The notes beneath the pieces were generated by a model that was given only the letters and a program-made list of their open reading frames with translations, did no database searches and was not told the DNA's origin. Both the position numbers and the translations under genes were made by a program. This document shows positions 1 through 12,441 of a DNA stretch of 64,000 bases, piece by piece. The first letter of the stretch is position 1. Each line of letters begins with the position of its first letter. The DNA lies in NCBI GenBank assembly GCA_030248215.1, contig JASANG010004046.1, forward strand, positions 62,001 through 126,000. Direction: 5' to 3'. Source of the stretch: Enoplolaimus lenunculus (Eukaryota).

Positions 1-579
1 TATTCCTGTATCTGTGTTTGTAAGCGTGTTTTTGCTAAAAATAAAATTTTGCGGTAATCATGTGTTCAATATAATAAATTCTGAACCGATGCAACATTTT
101 TTATGCCAGAATGACACGGAAGACGAAAAAACATTCACTACTTTTGTTAGAAAAAATTTTATTTTTATGCTCCGAAACGGTATAAAAATGACAGAGAACG
201 AGACATAATAGTCTCGGACTCGGTTGTCAGGTCTCGGCTCGGTCCCGCACATCCCTGGCAAATTGCATATCGAATATTAGCCACCGTGGACTACTTTTTA
301 AATTAGAAGTGGATATAATACACCCGCTGCTGTGACAGCATTTGCTTGCAAATTAAAAAGCTAAATTGTAACACTGGCGTGAAATGAAAAACCAAAGCTA
401 ACAGTTAATTTTACTTCATAAGAATTAGACATCTCATCGAACAAGTGCACAATATTGAGATGCTAAATCCGGTCGGCATTCGCTTCGGTTCCGGTAAAAA
501 TCTACATATGTCCGACTTCGGCTCCGGTAAGGTGGGTTTTTCGTAATCCGGTTGCACACTGATTCATACGTTTACCTAC

Positions 580-646
580 CGCATTGTTTCCTTTTCAGAC
601 GTTGCCGTGTGTAATCCATTCTTATTGTTCTCCTGACCACTGGCAC
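580..646 (-). CDS. PRRC2: PRRC2 exon 15 (gene probably continues beyond the window)
   Basis: ttgtag acceptor, phase 1. ASGQENNKNGLHTATSEKETM, then donor CG/gtaggt. The conserved PRRC2 C-terminal motifs are not seen in the window. Confidence 0.65.
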
Positions 647-1530
647 CTACAAAATCCATTCAAAATTACGCCAATGATATGAACAAATATTGTGGAGATA
701 CTAAAATTCTACGAAAGACACGCGACAATTTATTGATAGCGGTCGTTATATCGGCACAGCACCCTATGGCTTAGTTCTGGTACCGAAATGTTTACTGTAA
801 CCATGATGTATTATTATAGGTTTATTTACTAAACACATAATTAAACAGTGGTTTTCGAAACCTAACTTGAGTAAATGTAAACCTTAAAGTTTGCAGAAAT
901 TGCGCGCAGTTTTCCTTATCCAAGAATTAAACGAACGAAAAGATACATTTTTAAAAATTCTCTAATTTTGAATTTTTAAAATCAATAAAAGTTTATTTTG
1001 AAATCCTTTTATTGTACGTATTTTCAACACATACTGCTTTTCTTCTGATTTTGCCGCTAGCGAAAACAAGAGCCACTGCCCGAGGTCGGTGGCAAAAAGG
1101 TATCGCTGACGATTTGAAAAATTGTGCTTTCGGAAATACATAAGGTTGACACAAATTGTGCGCTTAAGCTTCTTAAATGTAACCTATGCTGAAAGTGGTA
1201 TCGATGAATTTTAGTTACACCACTGCATCGAAAATTCTTGTTCAAAATTTCCATAAAAAATCGTTCTTGGAATCTAAAACACAATCTTTTGAAGACTGCC
1301 GATAGCGACAACGAGAGTCACCGCCTGAAGGGTGTGACAATAACAGCAGAAATTTTATGACTATATAAGTGCATATATTTGCTCAATTATTTCATTAAAT
1401 TACGTCCAGTTTTATCATTATTCATCACGACTACATGTGCTTAGTTTTTTATACGATCCAAGTGGACAACAAATCGAAATATAACAAAAATAGTATTCGT
1501 CCGTAAATCGTAACCCTGCCAAAAACTTAC

Positions 1531-2613
1531 CTATCACGTTTTTTGACTCGGACCGTCTACGACTCGCACTCCCACCACCCGTTGCTGTGGTTGTTGTCGA
1601 ACTTGCCGACCGTCGCTTCGTACCGTCGTGTCGTCGATAAATAACGCCAGAGCTTGCGCCACTGTTCGAAGAGTTCTCTAAAACAAGGGAACCGCCGCTA
1701 CAATTCGCGTTGTTGCCACCATTCACTGCCGTTTCAGCGCTAGACACAATACTCGAGGTCGTTCGGTGACCAGAACCGGTTTGGTAATCACCACCGCCAC
1801 CGCGCCGAGCGTTACGATGCGGCCTTTGACCACTAAAGCTTTTACCTGCCGTTCCGCCACTGCCAATGCCGTGGTTACGATACGAACCTGTCCCACCACC
1901 GGATATGTTTTCGTGACGATAATAACTCGACAAGGTCGATCGTCGGATGCTCATGCTAGGATCTGGCCTAGAAGGAGACGTTGTTCGCTGATTCATAACA
2001 CCTCCATTACAGCCAACACCTGAACTTTCGGATGCCGTTTCCCATTCATCAACTGTGCCAAGCGCTCCAGCAAACATTGCATGTCCTGCTGTTTCGCTAT
2101 CTTTACAGCAGTATATATCGTTTGAAGTACCTTTACCACAGCTATTTGCGTTTGTACAAAATCGATTAGTTACCGATGACGTGCAACCTTCATCATTGGT
2201 ACAAACGGCTCGTCGCTCGTTTCCAGACTTGCTAGTAGGCTCCATCTTTTGCTGTTGCTGAAGTTGTTGTTGCTGCAGCTTTCGCTGTTGCTCGTAAATA
2301 AATCGTTTTTTGGGACCGCCACTATTCGACGTAGTACCGTACCGGCCACTACCGCTTTCGGTTCCTACTGTTCTGTGTGGCGGCTGTTGATAGTTGATGA
2401 ATCTTGGCGGCACACGAGAACTAGACGCGCTACTGTTGGTGTTGCTCACACCAGAGTTAGTCGCTGTTGTCATACGACGGCCGACAGTGCCACCTCCACG
2501 CGTGAAGTTTCCGCCGCTACTTGAAACACCACTGCTACTCTGAGAAACGCCATGCCGAGTTAAAGATGTGTACGTCCCGCCACCCCGAGACCGTCGACCG
2601 TGATGCATTTCAT
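1531..2613 (-). CDS. PRRC2: PRRC2 exon 14
   Basis: ttttag/gtaagt, phase 1 to 1. Contains VPPRF and DEWETASESS, both PRRC2 hallmark motifs. Confidence 0.92.
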
Positions 2614-2953
2614 CTAAAACAATAATCTCTATTTTAAGTTTAAATCTCTCGCATGTTCAGCACAAAGTTTCCTTTCCACTAGAGGTTGTAAAATATTCTA
2701 GCTATCTAACTATGCCAGGGCAGGGTGGCATCAAAGGTTTTTCAATTTTACAGATTGCAACAAAACTACTTCCGTAGCGCCAAACAAAAATCACACTGTA
2801 GAACAATTCAGGGCTCCAACAACTAAATTTTGCTGGAACAGGAACAAGAATTTAATTTCATTGAAGAAACCAGAACAGGAACCGGAATTTGCAATAATTT
2901 TCATCATCGAATTACTGTTGGGCTTTTTAGAAAACAGGCCAAAGAATGGCTTG

Positions 2954-3736
2954 AACCCTATTCACACGTGCAAGTTTTTACAGTAAAAACTTGCAGGTGC
3001 AACTTGCATGTGCAAGTTTGATCACAAAGTAGATTTGAAGTTCTTGCAGCTGCAAATTATTGATTAGAATTCATGTGATTGAATTTAATTCGCACATGTG
3101 AACGCCGTCGCAAATCGCTCGAATTTCTTGCACTTGCATTTTCATTGGCCAATCAGAGGACATGTTGCTGAGCGCCTTTTGAATTAATTCAGACTTATTG
3201 AATTTATTCAAGAAGTGTGAAGTAATTCCAATATCTAACTTGTTTGATATTTCGCAGCCGACGGCGAAAGTAATGGGACTAGTTTTAAATTTTTAAGCAT
3301 TAAATAAAGATTGCATCATGATGAAAACTTTTTCAAGTCAATAAATTTTGAGTATAACCTTCTTTGCGCATGAATGTTTCTTACAACTGACACTTGCAGC
3401 TGCAAGTTTTTAAAAAATTCATTAGAAGAACTTGTAGCTGCAAGTTATTCATGATTAATATATGTGAAGAATTAATTCGTAGGTATGAATAGTCCTGTAA
3501 GTTAAATGCATTTATCATTCTTGGCTAAACGGATAGATTATAGGTTATGTTTGATATTTATTGCAGTGATCTGCAAATTATTCACATAAATTCATGTCAA
3601 GATTCAGAATGAAACTTATGATTCTTTACAAATACTTGCAGCTGCAAGTATTTCGTGCAAGTTGCAGCTGCAAGTATTTCGTGCAAGTTGCAACTGCAAG
3701 TTCTCGCAGCAAAAATTTGCACGTGTGAATAGGGCT
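2954..3736. mobile_element. PIF/Harbinger-type MITE nested in a hAT-type MITE
   Basis: TIR CCCTATTCACACGTGCAA / TTGCACGTGTGAATAGGG with TTG/TTA flanks and internal cttgcagctgcaag palindromes. A related fragment lies at ~43930-44205. Confidence 0.7.
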
Positions 3737-3797
3737 TTAAGTGAATTTTCAACTATTTCATCATCAAGTTTTGTGAAAACACAACAGAAACAGTGTA

Positions 3798-3886
3798 ACC
3801 AGTCGTAGTGGGACTACATTTATTGAGCGAAGCTCGAACACACGTAAGCAGTTAAGGTAATATGCACGAAGTTTCGCTTCGCTCAA
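3798..3886 (-). mobile_element. Minimal DINE/HINE-like element (both termini only)
   Basis: Joins the two ends of the copy at 37264-38219 (accagtcgtagtgggactac... and ...gtttcgcttcgctcaa). Confidence 0.65.
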
Positions 3887-4374
3887 GAACAAAATAGAAT
3901 TGCAAAAACATTCATGTTGGAATACAATTCAGAAATAATTTGCCACATGACCGTAAAAATTCCGGTTCCTGCATCTTAAATCAATAATTTTTTTCAGGTC
4001 ACAAATGCTTGCGAAAAGGCACATTTGCCGGAATAATGAATGTTATTAGTTTTGCAGGTTGCTAATGCGTAAAGAATTGCTAGTATCAACGTTTAAATGT
4101 TACGCGGTTAACATTGAGTTGGTATTCTGAAACAAATTATCGATATACCGGAAATTTGCTAAATTCAAGACTTAGAATTTGGCAAATTAAAATTAATGAA
4201 TTCAGATTCCGTCCAATGCGGATTCGGTGCTACCATGTGTCAAGGTTTCAGCCGGTTAGGGAAAATACCGGTTTTCAATCGGGGATGAATATTTAGTGCA
4301 TATGCATACACATATAAAAATACACATATAAAAATGAAAAACCAAACTTCCTGAGTATATATACCAAAGCTCAC

Positions 4375-6117
4375 CTCCATAATTCATAAATTCTCCCCAA
4401 TTGCGAGCCATTTCTTCTGGGTCTAGCAGTGGAGGTGGTCTATTGGCACTTGACTTTCTGCCGGACGAATTGCCCTCTCCAACAAGCTCAACAGAGGTTT
4501 TGGTACTCGCGTGTGCAGGTATTTCATTAGTACCACTCTTATCAGGCAACCGGCAGTTTGCGTTCATTTGAGGTGGCGGACCAGTCCATACGCCGCCAAA
4601 GCACACATCGTCGCTAGTGGGAACTACACGAGTAGAGTTATCACCATTGACGCCAGACTGCAAACCAGACGTACTCTGATAGCAACTCACTGCCTGAGCT
4701 GTTAATTCTTTAGTCGGCGGCGGGCTCGCGTCAGAAATTTTCAAAGTATCGCTCGATTGAGCACACTTCCTTTCGTTAAATTCAGTTTTACTGTACGTCA
4801 AATCAATACTATTGTTGGTGTTATTGTTGTTGACACTGTTGTTTTCCCAACAACCAAATTCCATATTCCCCTTAGTAGGACCACCATCAACGCTTCCATC
4901 ATTCAGCTTTACCCCACTCGAATAACCCTTCGATGCTGCTCCCGATTGCTGATCTGTACCACGCTGAAACCGACTACGCGTTGATTGATCGCCGGGAGAA
5001 ATCTCTGGTTCGCGTGCGGAACTTACCTCGGTCACGTCATTAGTACGACTACCAGCATGCCCACGTCGACCACGTCCACCTCTGCCACCTTCACGATGAT
5101 AACGGTAACGCAAGTTATTATTGCTGTTATCATCTCCGATATCATCGCTACCAATAAACTTTGATGAGTTGTCATCATAAGTAGCAGGATTTTTGCTGCC
5201 GCCGGTAATGTCGTCTCCGCGTCTATGATAACCACCTCCTCCGCTAGCGTTTGACCCTCTATAATCGTCGCTGGCCCCATAGCGGAATCGTTCACCAGAC
5301 ATCGACGATATCCCACTAACACTACCACCTCGTGAATGCCGTGTTGATGAATAAAACTCGCGATGTCGAAGTCGACCACGGCCGCCTGTTCCATACCCAG
5401 GTGCCCGAATGATACCACCACCGAGACTTCTACCTCGATATCCTCCGCCTGCTCCTCGGCCACCACCGGCAATAGGAAACTTGTGATCATCGTTAGTCAT
5501 ATTCCCGATATACCCGGAGATCTCGTCTCCGTCAACTTGGTACGACTTTTTTACCTTAGCGTCGTTCTCAGTCATCTCATCACGATAGCGGTTATCCATG
5601 TCATTGCTGACGTCTCTTTGCGTTTTCTCCTTCAACTCTTGTTGCTCTTTTTGACGTTGTTGCTGTTGCTGTATCTGCTGTTCTTCTTGCTCTTGGCGTC
5701 GTTGTTCCCAGACATTTTTGGTAGTCACCGTCGCCGGCGCTGCAACAGAGGACTCGTTCTCAGGCACGACGGCAGATTCTTTATTTGAACGATGTCCGCC
5801 GCTACCAGTTGCTGTTTCCAAAATAATACTCCTGTTGCGTCGCGTTGCACTACTGATTCCTGGTTTGGTGGTTGACTTGATCTCTTCGTACTTATACCAA
5901 CGTTTGTCTTGAACAATTTTAGTACTTGCAACATCACTGGTCGCACTGTTTCCGTTCGCAACAGTGTTCGAAATGTCGCCACTTCGAGATTTAGTCGCAT
6001 TTACGTTCCCACCGACAGAAACACTATTATCAGAAGGTATGGTGTTGTTGCTTGACGCCGCTGTTCGACGAACTATAGATCTTGGTTTCGTGGGTAAAGT
6101 CTCCATGGGGTCTTCAT
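4375..6117 (-). CDS. PRRC2: PRRC2 exon 13 (short coiled coil, RGG-rich)
   Basis: ttacag/gtgagc, phase 1 to 1. NVWEQRRQEQEEQ and many RGG/RG repeats. Confidence 0.88.
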
Positions 6118-6595
6118 CTGTAAAAATAATTAATTACACAAAACTCAATATAGACAAAGAGAAAAAATTATATATTTGTACAGAATGGTGCAACAGGAAT
6201 TACAATTTACCAGAACCGGAAAATAAAAAAATACATGATAACGAAATATTCATTTTAATTTTCTTTTTGCAATATTGTTGGTGAAATAACCCTAAACCAC
6301 GGAAGCGAAATTTACCTTCGGTGGTTTATTTTCGGCGACTGCCAAGGTTGCGACACTGAATGCAGGCTGCCAGATACTTCAATATTCGGTTCCAGCTATA
6401 GTTAGGTTATACGAACTTTTTAGCAAGAAATATCCGGAAGCGTAGAAGACCGAAACCGGATACCTTTTTTGCCAAAGTGGCGTATCCGGGCGCCCAGATA
6501 CAATATATACTAATACACAATCATTGAATTAATTTTCGGCAGCGTAACAAAATTTTGAACATGAATACAAAGTAGCTAGCACATCAACTACATAC

Positions 6596-6738
6596 CTACA
6601 TCGCCATCCGCCTTATAACTATCGGTGCTAACGCTATCTGCAACATTCTTTGTCTTTGAGTCACCAGCGCAAGTCTTATTAGCATAATCAATGTGCTGAG
6701 TATGAGTATGAGATTCACTATCATGTTTTATGTCATCT
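6596..6738 (-). CDS. PRRC2: PRRC2 exon 12
   Basis: ttttag/gtatgt, phase 2 to 1. Confidence 0.75.
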
Positions 6739-6892
6739 CTAAAATTATAAATACAAATATGCGTTCCAACGCTTTCGGAAACGCGCGAAATGCGAATGTA
6801 AAACAAAGTTCCTTGTTTGTAGTACGAACATATACAATCGAGGTGAACTTATTAACATTAGATCGTAGTTCAATCGAATCATTACTTACTAA

Positions 6893-6963
6893 CAGGGATG
6901 TGTAGTTTCTGTCAAAAATCGAGAATCGAGACCAGAGACCGAGATCGAGACCGCACATCCCTG
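6893..6963. mobile_element. 71-bp hAT MITE
   Basis: TIR CAGGGATGTG/CACATCCCTG and perfect 8-bp TSD CTTACTAA. Same family near <257, 7857-8376, 35243-35492 and 43586 onward. Confidence 0.85.
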
Positions 6964-7004
6964 CTTACTAATTGCAAAATGTCAAAACAATTTTGCATAC
7001 GTAC

Positions 7005-7088
7005 CTGTGCCACCGGAAGTCTGAATTATCGCGTTTCGAATCTTGTTTGCGATAGATACTGTCGTCTTTCCTATGATGCCGTTCCCTG
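7005..7088 (-). CDS. PRRC2: PRRC2 exon 11
   Basis: ctcag(cag) NAGNAG acceptor and gtacgt donor, phase 2 to 2. RERHHRKDDSIYRKQDSKRDNSDFRWH. Confidence 0.75.
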
Positions 7089-7190
7089 CTGAGAACAAGA
7101 ATTAGTGTTATACCATCAGCTTATTAGGGAGGATGTACGCGCAAGATCAGCAGCGTGATGCTTTACGAAAATAATGCATAGTGTGGTGAA

Positions 7191-7452
7191 CAGGGTGGCA
7201 CTGCCAAATCCGAATCTTGAAAATTGCAAATTTCAGTTATATCTATAAATCGTTTCAGAATATCAACGTGATACCAGCCGCATAACTTTTAAACTTAAAT
7301 ATATTTCGTACCCGACCTCAATTTTGACATTTGTGACCTGAAATTTTTTATCAATATAAACATGATATTTGAAATTGAACACTGTTGGATTCAGCTTTTC
7401 ACATCCGAATCCGAACGCCTAATCCGAATTCGAACCTTTGTTTTCCACCCTG
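7191..7452. mobile_element. hAT MITE (ttcgga-repeat family)
   Basis: TIR CAGGGTGG/CCACCCTG, TSD GTGGTGAA/GTGGTGAG. Relatives at 26317-26650 and 38949-39310. Confidence 0.8.
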
Positions 7453-7657
7453 GTGGTGAGGTCTCACGTTCTGTTACTATATACTCTAGCTAGTGGATAT
7501 TTACGCATTACTGCTTTGCCATGCTACGAAGAATCTAAAAAATTTACGCGTGTTTATTTATGTTAAAACTTATTGATTTAGCGCAAAGTGCAAGTTCTGT
7601 GTTACTGACTTACATGACTAAACCATTAATTAATAATACAGAAACTTGCCTTGAAAT

Positions 7658-7754
7658 TGCATTCAGATGCTATTATAAATGTAATCACAGTTTCCGTGTA
7701 ATAACAGCCGGAGTTTCATAACGCTGTGGAATGAATAGCATTCATCAAGATGCA
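7658..7754 (-). ncRNA. Box C/D snoRNA candidate, 28S guide (U48/SNORD48-like target)
   Basis: Terminal stem TGCAT/ATGCA, C box TTGATGA, D' ATGA, C' GTGATTA, D CTGA. D' guide TTCATTCCACAGCGTT is complementary (with G-U) to 28S GGCGCUGUGGGAUGAA as recalled. Same strand as the host intron. Confidence 0.75.
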
Positions 7755-8401
7755 TATAGGCAAGCAAAAGTACACGCTGAGCAGTATTTTACACAAAAAT
7801 TAAAAGAAAAACTATTATATATTGTATATCATTTTGTTATATATATTAACCAGAAGCAGGGATGTGCGGTCTCGGTAAAGGCAAATCTCGGTATTTAGCT
7901 GGTCTCGGTTTTGCTTTCTGCTTAACGTTTACAATAAGTGGATGCCTTTTGCATTTGTTGAATTTAGATAATGTATTTGTGTTTTAATAAAATAAGTTTT
8001 TAAAACTCGTTATATTAAAGACTTTAGTACAGCCTATGCTGTTTGTTTCCCTCATATACGGTAGCTTTAAAGTGCAACTGTTTAAAATGCCGCGTCAAAG
8101 TACATTTTTTCATCGTTGTTTTACGTGTGTTTGAGTTCCGCGATTATTTTTTGTACTACAATTCGAAAGTGAACAAAACAAAAACATAAAATAAAATTTT
8201 GCAATGGTTTTTTACTTTAATTTCATAAATTAACCGGCAATTCTGAGCAGAACCAATTTATGGAAAATCATTCACAACTTTTGATACAAAAAGGTTGACT
8301 TTTATTTTCGGTAGCAGTCCAAAATTTACAAAGACCCAAAAGTGTTGGGTTTTTTGATGTAAACAATACATCCCTGTCCGGAATCTTAAGTCCATACGTA
8401 C

Positions 8402-8498
8402 CGAGACAGCTCCATAGCATTATGTGCTTTATAACTGCGTTCGAAGCGTCTCGTCGATGAAGTAGAACTGACATTATCATCATTTCGCCGAAAATCAT
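8402..8498 (-). CDS. PRRC2: PRRC2 exon 10
   Basis: ttttag/gtacgt, phase 1 to 2. DFRRNDDNVSSTSSTRRFERSYKAHNAMELS. Confidence 0.75.
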
Positions 8499-8780
8499 CT
8501 AAAAGTAACATTTTTAAATTGTTAACAGGTTTTTTCATGCACTAAAACTACTTTTCTGCTCTAAAATATATACTTCCATAGCGCCAGACCAAAAATCACG
8601 TTGTATCAGGGTCCGAGTTGATATTAATTACCAGATACGGAAATTGAATTTTTACCGGAACAGGAACCGGATACCGGATATTTTATATGTTAAAATAATA
8701 TTTATAAAGTTCATAATTGCTACTGATAAAGTGAACCGATTTGTTTCTCACAAGATATATATACATTATAAAGAAAGCGG

Positions 8781-9881
8781 TGTCTAATATAGCAACAACA
8801 AAAACAATTACAAATCCAAGAATTTGAAGACCACGATTTGATCTAATACTGTGATTCTGTGGAACCGATGACGCTAAAATTGAAAATTCGTTAAAATTAC
8901 ATGGATGACCAGTGTTTGAACGGTGATCGGACACGGCAGATTTTAGCTTTAAACTAGATGATGTAGGGATTAAGGTGCGGTCCGAGACACGCATATGTTC
9001 ACAAATGCGCCTATACATTTGTCGATTGGTCGACCCAATGTAGTCCAGTAAGCAACTGGAACATTTAAAACCATAGACGACGTTTGCGCGAAGCATGTCC
9101 GGGACCACATCCATAACCTTAAAAACGAACGAATTTTCTTATAGTTATAAAATACGATAGGTAACTGAATGTGGTTACATCCAAACGAGCGATTAAACAA
9201 CCTAGTTAAATTTTGTTTTAAATAAAAGGAATGAAACCCAAAAAAAGGGTAATTTAAGAACAATAAACTGTACCCTTGTGGTGACTGCTCCATTATGGAA
9301 GTGATTGCTGACCCGTTTCTGTCTGCTTCTGTGAGCGTTTGCGCTTCGTATAAGGCATCACAGCTATTATGCGAATCCGTAGAATCTGTATTAATTAATG
9401 ATATAGCTCGGCGGTGAGCAATAAGTAACGAATTTTGAAACTCTGCAAAGATTTGAGTGGAATATGTAAAACATGAAAACCAATGTGAATTGTTCAATTG
9501 GGCGACAGTGCCGAACCTTTTATTTATAAAGAATTCAGAGGCCGAATTAACCACCTTAGATGTAAAAATTATTTGTGTGAAACAAACTTCTTAGAATGAT
9601 AATTCTTTTTTAATACTGTCTGGATCAGAGGAAATTTCAATACACCGAAATAGGAGAGAGCTAATCAGATTCTTTTTATATATATTTTCCCGGCATAAAG
9701 GACTTATAGTTAAGAATCTGGTAAGGATAAGTTTTCTTCCGGTATATTCCAGTAGATAAACTACCGGAAACCGGGTCCCGGGAAACTTTAATATCAAGAA
9801 AGGAAAGGGACAAATGTTCCTCAAAATCCAAAGTGAACTGAGTTTTACTGTGAAATGAGTTAACGAAGTTAATAAATAATT
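8781..9881 (-). mobile_element. Penelope-like retroelement, 5'-truncated and degenerate (left arm)
   Basis: RT C-terminus FINFVNSFHSKTQFTLDFEEHLSLSFLDIKV..STGIYRKKT and GIY-YIG VVYGFKCSSCLLDYIGSTNRQMYRRICEH, with frameshifts. Confidence 0.9.
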
Positions 9882-11004
9882 TCAGTTCACTGCGGATTTT
9901 GAGGAAAATTTGTCCCTTTTCTTTCTTGATATTAAAGTTTCCCGGCACCCGGTTTCCGTTGGTTTATCTACTGGAATATACCGGAAGAAAACTTATTCTA
10001 AACAGATTCTTAACTATAAGTCCTTTATGCCGGAAAAATATAAAAAGAATCTGATTAGCTGTCTCCTATTTCGGTGCTTTAAAATTTCCTCTGATCCAAG
10101 CAGTATTAAAAAAATTCTCTTTCTTAAGAAGTCTGTTTCACACAAATAATTTTCCATCTAAGGTGGTTAATTCGGCCTTTGAATTCTTTATGAATAAGAG
10201 GTTCGGCACTGTCACTCAATTGGACAATTCACATTGGTTTTCATGTTTTACATATTACACTCAAAATTTTGCAGTTTCAAAATTCGTTACCTATTGCTCA
10301 CCGCCAAGCTATATCATCAATTAATACAGATTCTACGGATTCGCATAATAGCTGTGATGCCTTATACGAAGCGCAAACACTCACAGAAACAGACAGAAAC
10401 GGATCAACAAGCACCTCCAGTAATGGACCAGACACCACAAGGGTACAGTTTATTGTTCTTAAATTACCCTTTTTTGGGTCTCATTCCTTTTATTTAAAAC
10501 AAAATTTAACTAGGTTGTTTAATCGCTCGTTTGGATGTAACCACATTCAGTTACGTACCGTATTTTATAACCATAAGAAAATTCGTTCGTTTTTTAAGGT
10601 TAAGGATGTATTCCCGGACATGCTTCGCGCAAACGTCGTCTATGGTTTTAACTGTTCCAGTTGCTTACTGGACTACATTGGGTCGACCAATCGACAAATG
10701 TATAGGCGCATTTGCGAACATATGCGTGTCTCGGACCGCACCTTAATCCCTACATCCTCCAGTTTGACACTAAAATCTGCAGTGTCCGATCACTGTTCAA
10801 GCACTGGTCATCCATGTAATTTCAATGATTTTTCAATTTTAGCGTCATCTGTTCCACAGAATCACTGAATTAGATCAAATCTTGGCCTTCAAATTCTTGA
10901 ATCTGTAATTATTAGAAAACATACACCTAAATTAAATATCCAACGTTCTAGTGTTGATTTTAAAATTTTTAAATAGGTTTTTGTTGTTGTTGCTACATTA
11001 GACA
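9882..11004 (+). mobile_element. Penelope-like retroelement, 5'-truncated and degenerate (right arm)
   Basis: Inverted copy of the left arm with the same RT-thumb and GIY-YIG motifs. Confidence 0.9.
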
Positions 11005-11035
11005 TATAGATAGATATACATACATATATATACAC

Positions 11036-11396
11036 CAGGGTGCAACCGGAATTCCGGTTCCGGTAAATTTTTACCGGATTTAAAAATTCCGGTATTATAA
11101 TTTGGCCGTTTTCTTAACTTTGCTAATTTTTAAGAATCTCTTTTGAAAGCCACTTGTACTCCGAATATAAGCCATTGATGGTGGATTTCACTTCAGTCGA
11201 TGATGAAAATCTAAAATACAACAAATAAAATAAATACCTATGTTCGACTAAGGTTATTTCACAAATAATAGAGCAAAAAATAAGATTAAAATGAAATTTT
11301 TGGTGAAATGCATTTTTCATTTTCCGGTTCCGGTTCCGGTAAAATTTTCAAATTCCGGTTCCGGTTCCGGTAAATTGTAATTCCGGTTGCACCCTG
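11036..11396. mobile_element. hAT MITE (ccggaa family)
   Basis: TIR CAGGGTGCAACC/GGTTGCACCCTG, perfect TSD ATATACAC. Confidence 0.9.
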
Positions 11397-11491
11397 ATAT
11401 ACACATATACATATAACCGTAGAACAGTGTGTTTCCTCATCGTACGCTATGATGATGACTTTATTTTAGCTAAGAAGTAGCGTGTATATAC

Positions 11492-11794
11492 CAGGGTGCA
11501 ACCCAAAAATTTCATTTTATTCTTATTTTTTGCTCTATTATTTGTGAAATAACCTTAGTCGAACATAGGTATTTATTTTATTTGTTGTATTTTAGATTTT
11601 CGTCGTCGACTGAAGTGAAATCCACCATCATTGGCTTATATTTGGAGTACAAGTGGCTTTCAAAAGAGATTCTTAAAAATTAGCAAAGTTAAGAAAACGG
11701 CCAAATTATAACACCGGAATTTTTAAATCCGGTAAAAATTTACCGGAACCGGAAGGTGAAAAAATGCCGGAACCGGAACTCCGGTTGCACCCTG
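11492..11794. mobile_element. hAT MITE (ccggaa family), inverted relative to its neighbour
   Basis: Same TIRs, perfect TSD GTATATAC. Confidence 0.9.
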
Positions 11795-12201
11795 GTATAT
11801 ACTCTTGTACAGATTGAGATTTTTGAAAACGTTAGAAACTTTTATTGCGCAAAAACACTTTCTGCGCCACAAATACTTCTATTGCGTAGATATGTATGTA
11901 CAAAGTGACTTTATAAATCCATCAAGCAGCATTGAAATAAAAATTGCGACCCGCTATGTTTCAACCTGTTTTGAACAATGGCCTGAGAAATCTAATGGGC
12001 AAAACACGTAGCCATTTTGTTCTCAAAGCAATAAATCACTGGGCTTTTTACAGCCCCTACTCACATAACATCGACTCGCGCTAATAATTTGGACACTTGA
12101 AAAAATGGAGAAGTCATCCTTTTCCAACGAAATGTCAGTTGTGATTGGCTACATCGGTAACAATTCATAGGACGTGCTTATCATAAAATGAAGGGAATTA
12201 T

Positions 12202-12286
12202 GCCGCTCAGAAACAGCCTCTAGCATATATCACGAGTGGCACGTTTTACTCTTCATTATATTTATTGAAAGTTTCATCATGGCGAC
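12202..12286 (-). ncRNA. Box C/D snoRNA candidate, 28S guide
   Basis: Terminal stem GTCGC/GCGGC, perfect C box ATGATGA, D' ATGA, C'-like GTGATAT, D CTGA. D guide ATGCTAGAGGCTGTTT is complementary to conserved 28S GAACAGCCUCURG as recalled. Confidence 0.8.
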
Positions 12287-12441
12287 AGTTTCTAAGCAAT
12301 ATTACGCTACGTTGTATTCGCAAATTATACGTACCTATATACATTCAGAATGCTAACCTCTATAATATTATGCGAAGCTTTTTGCACAAGGAGGCGTTCA
12401 ATCTTTAATAAAACAGAGAGATTTACCGAGAGATTTCTTAC

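Noticed and set aside
11123..11320. Recurring 65-aa ORF MKNAFHQKF...
   Set aside because: Lies inside a non-coding MITE; it recurs because the MITE copies are near-identical.
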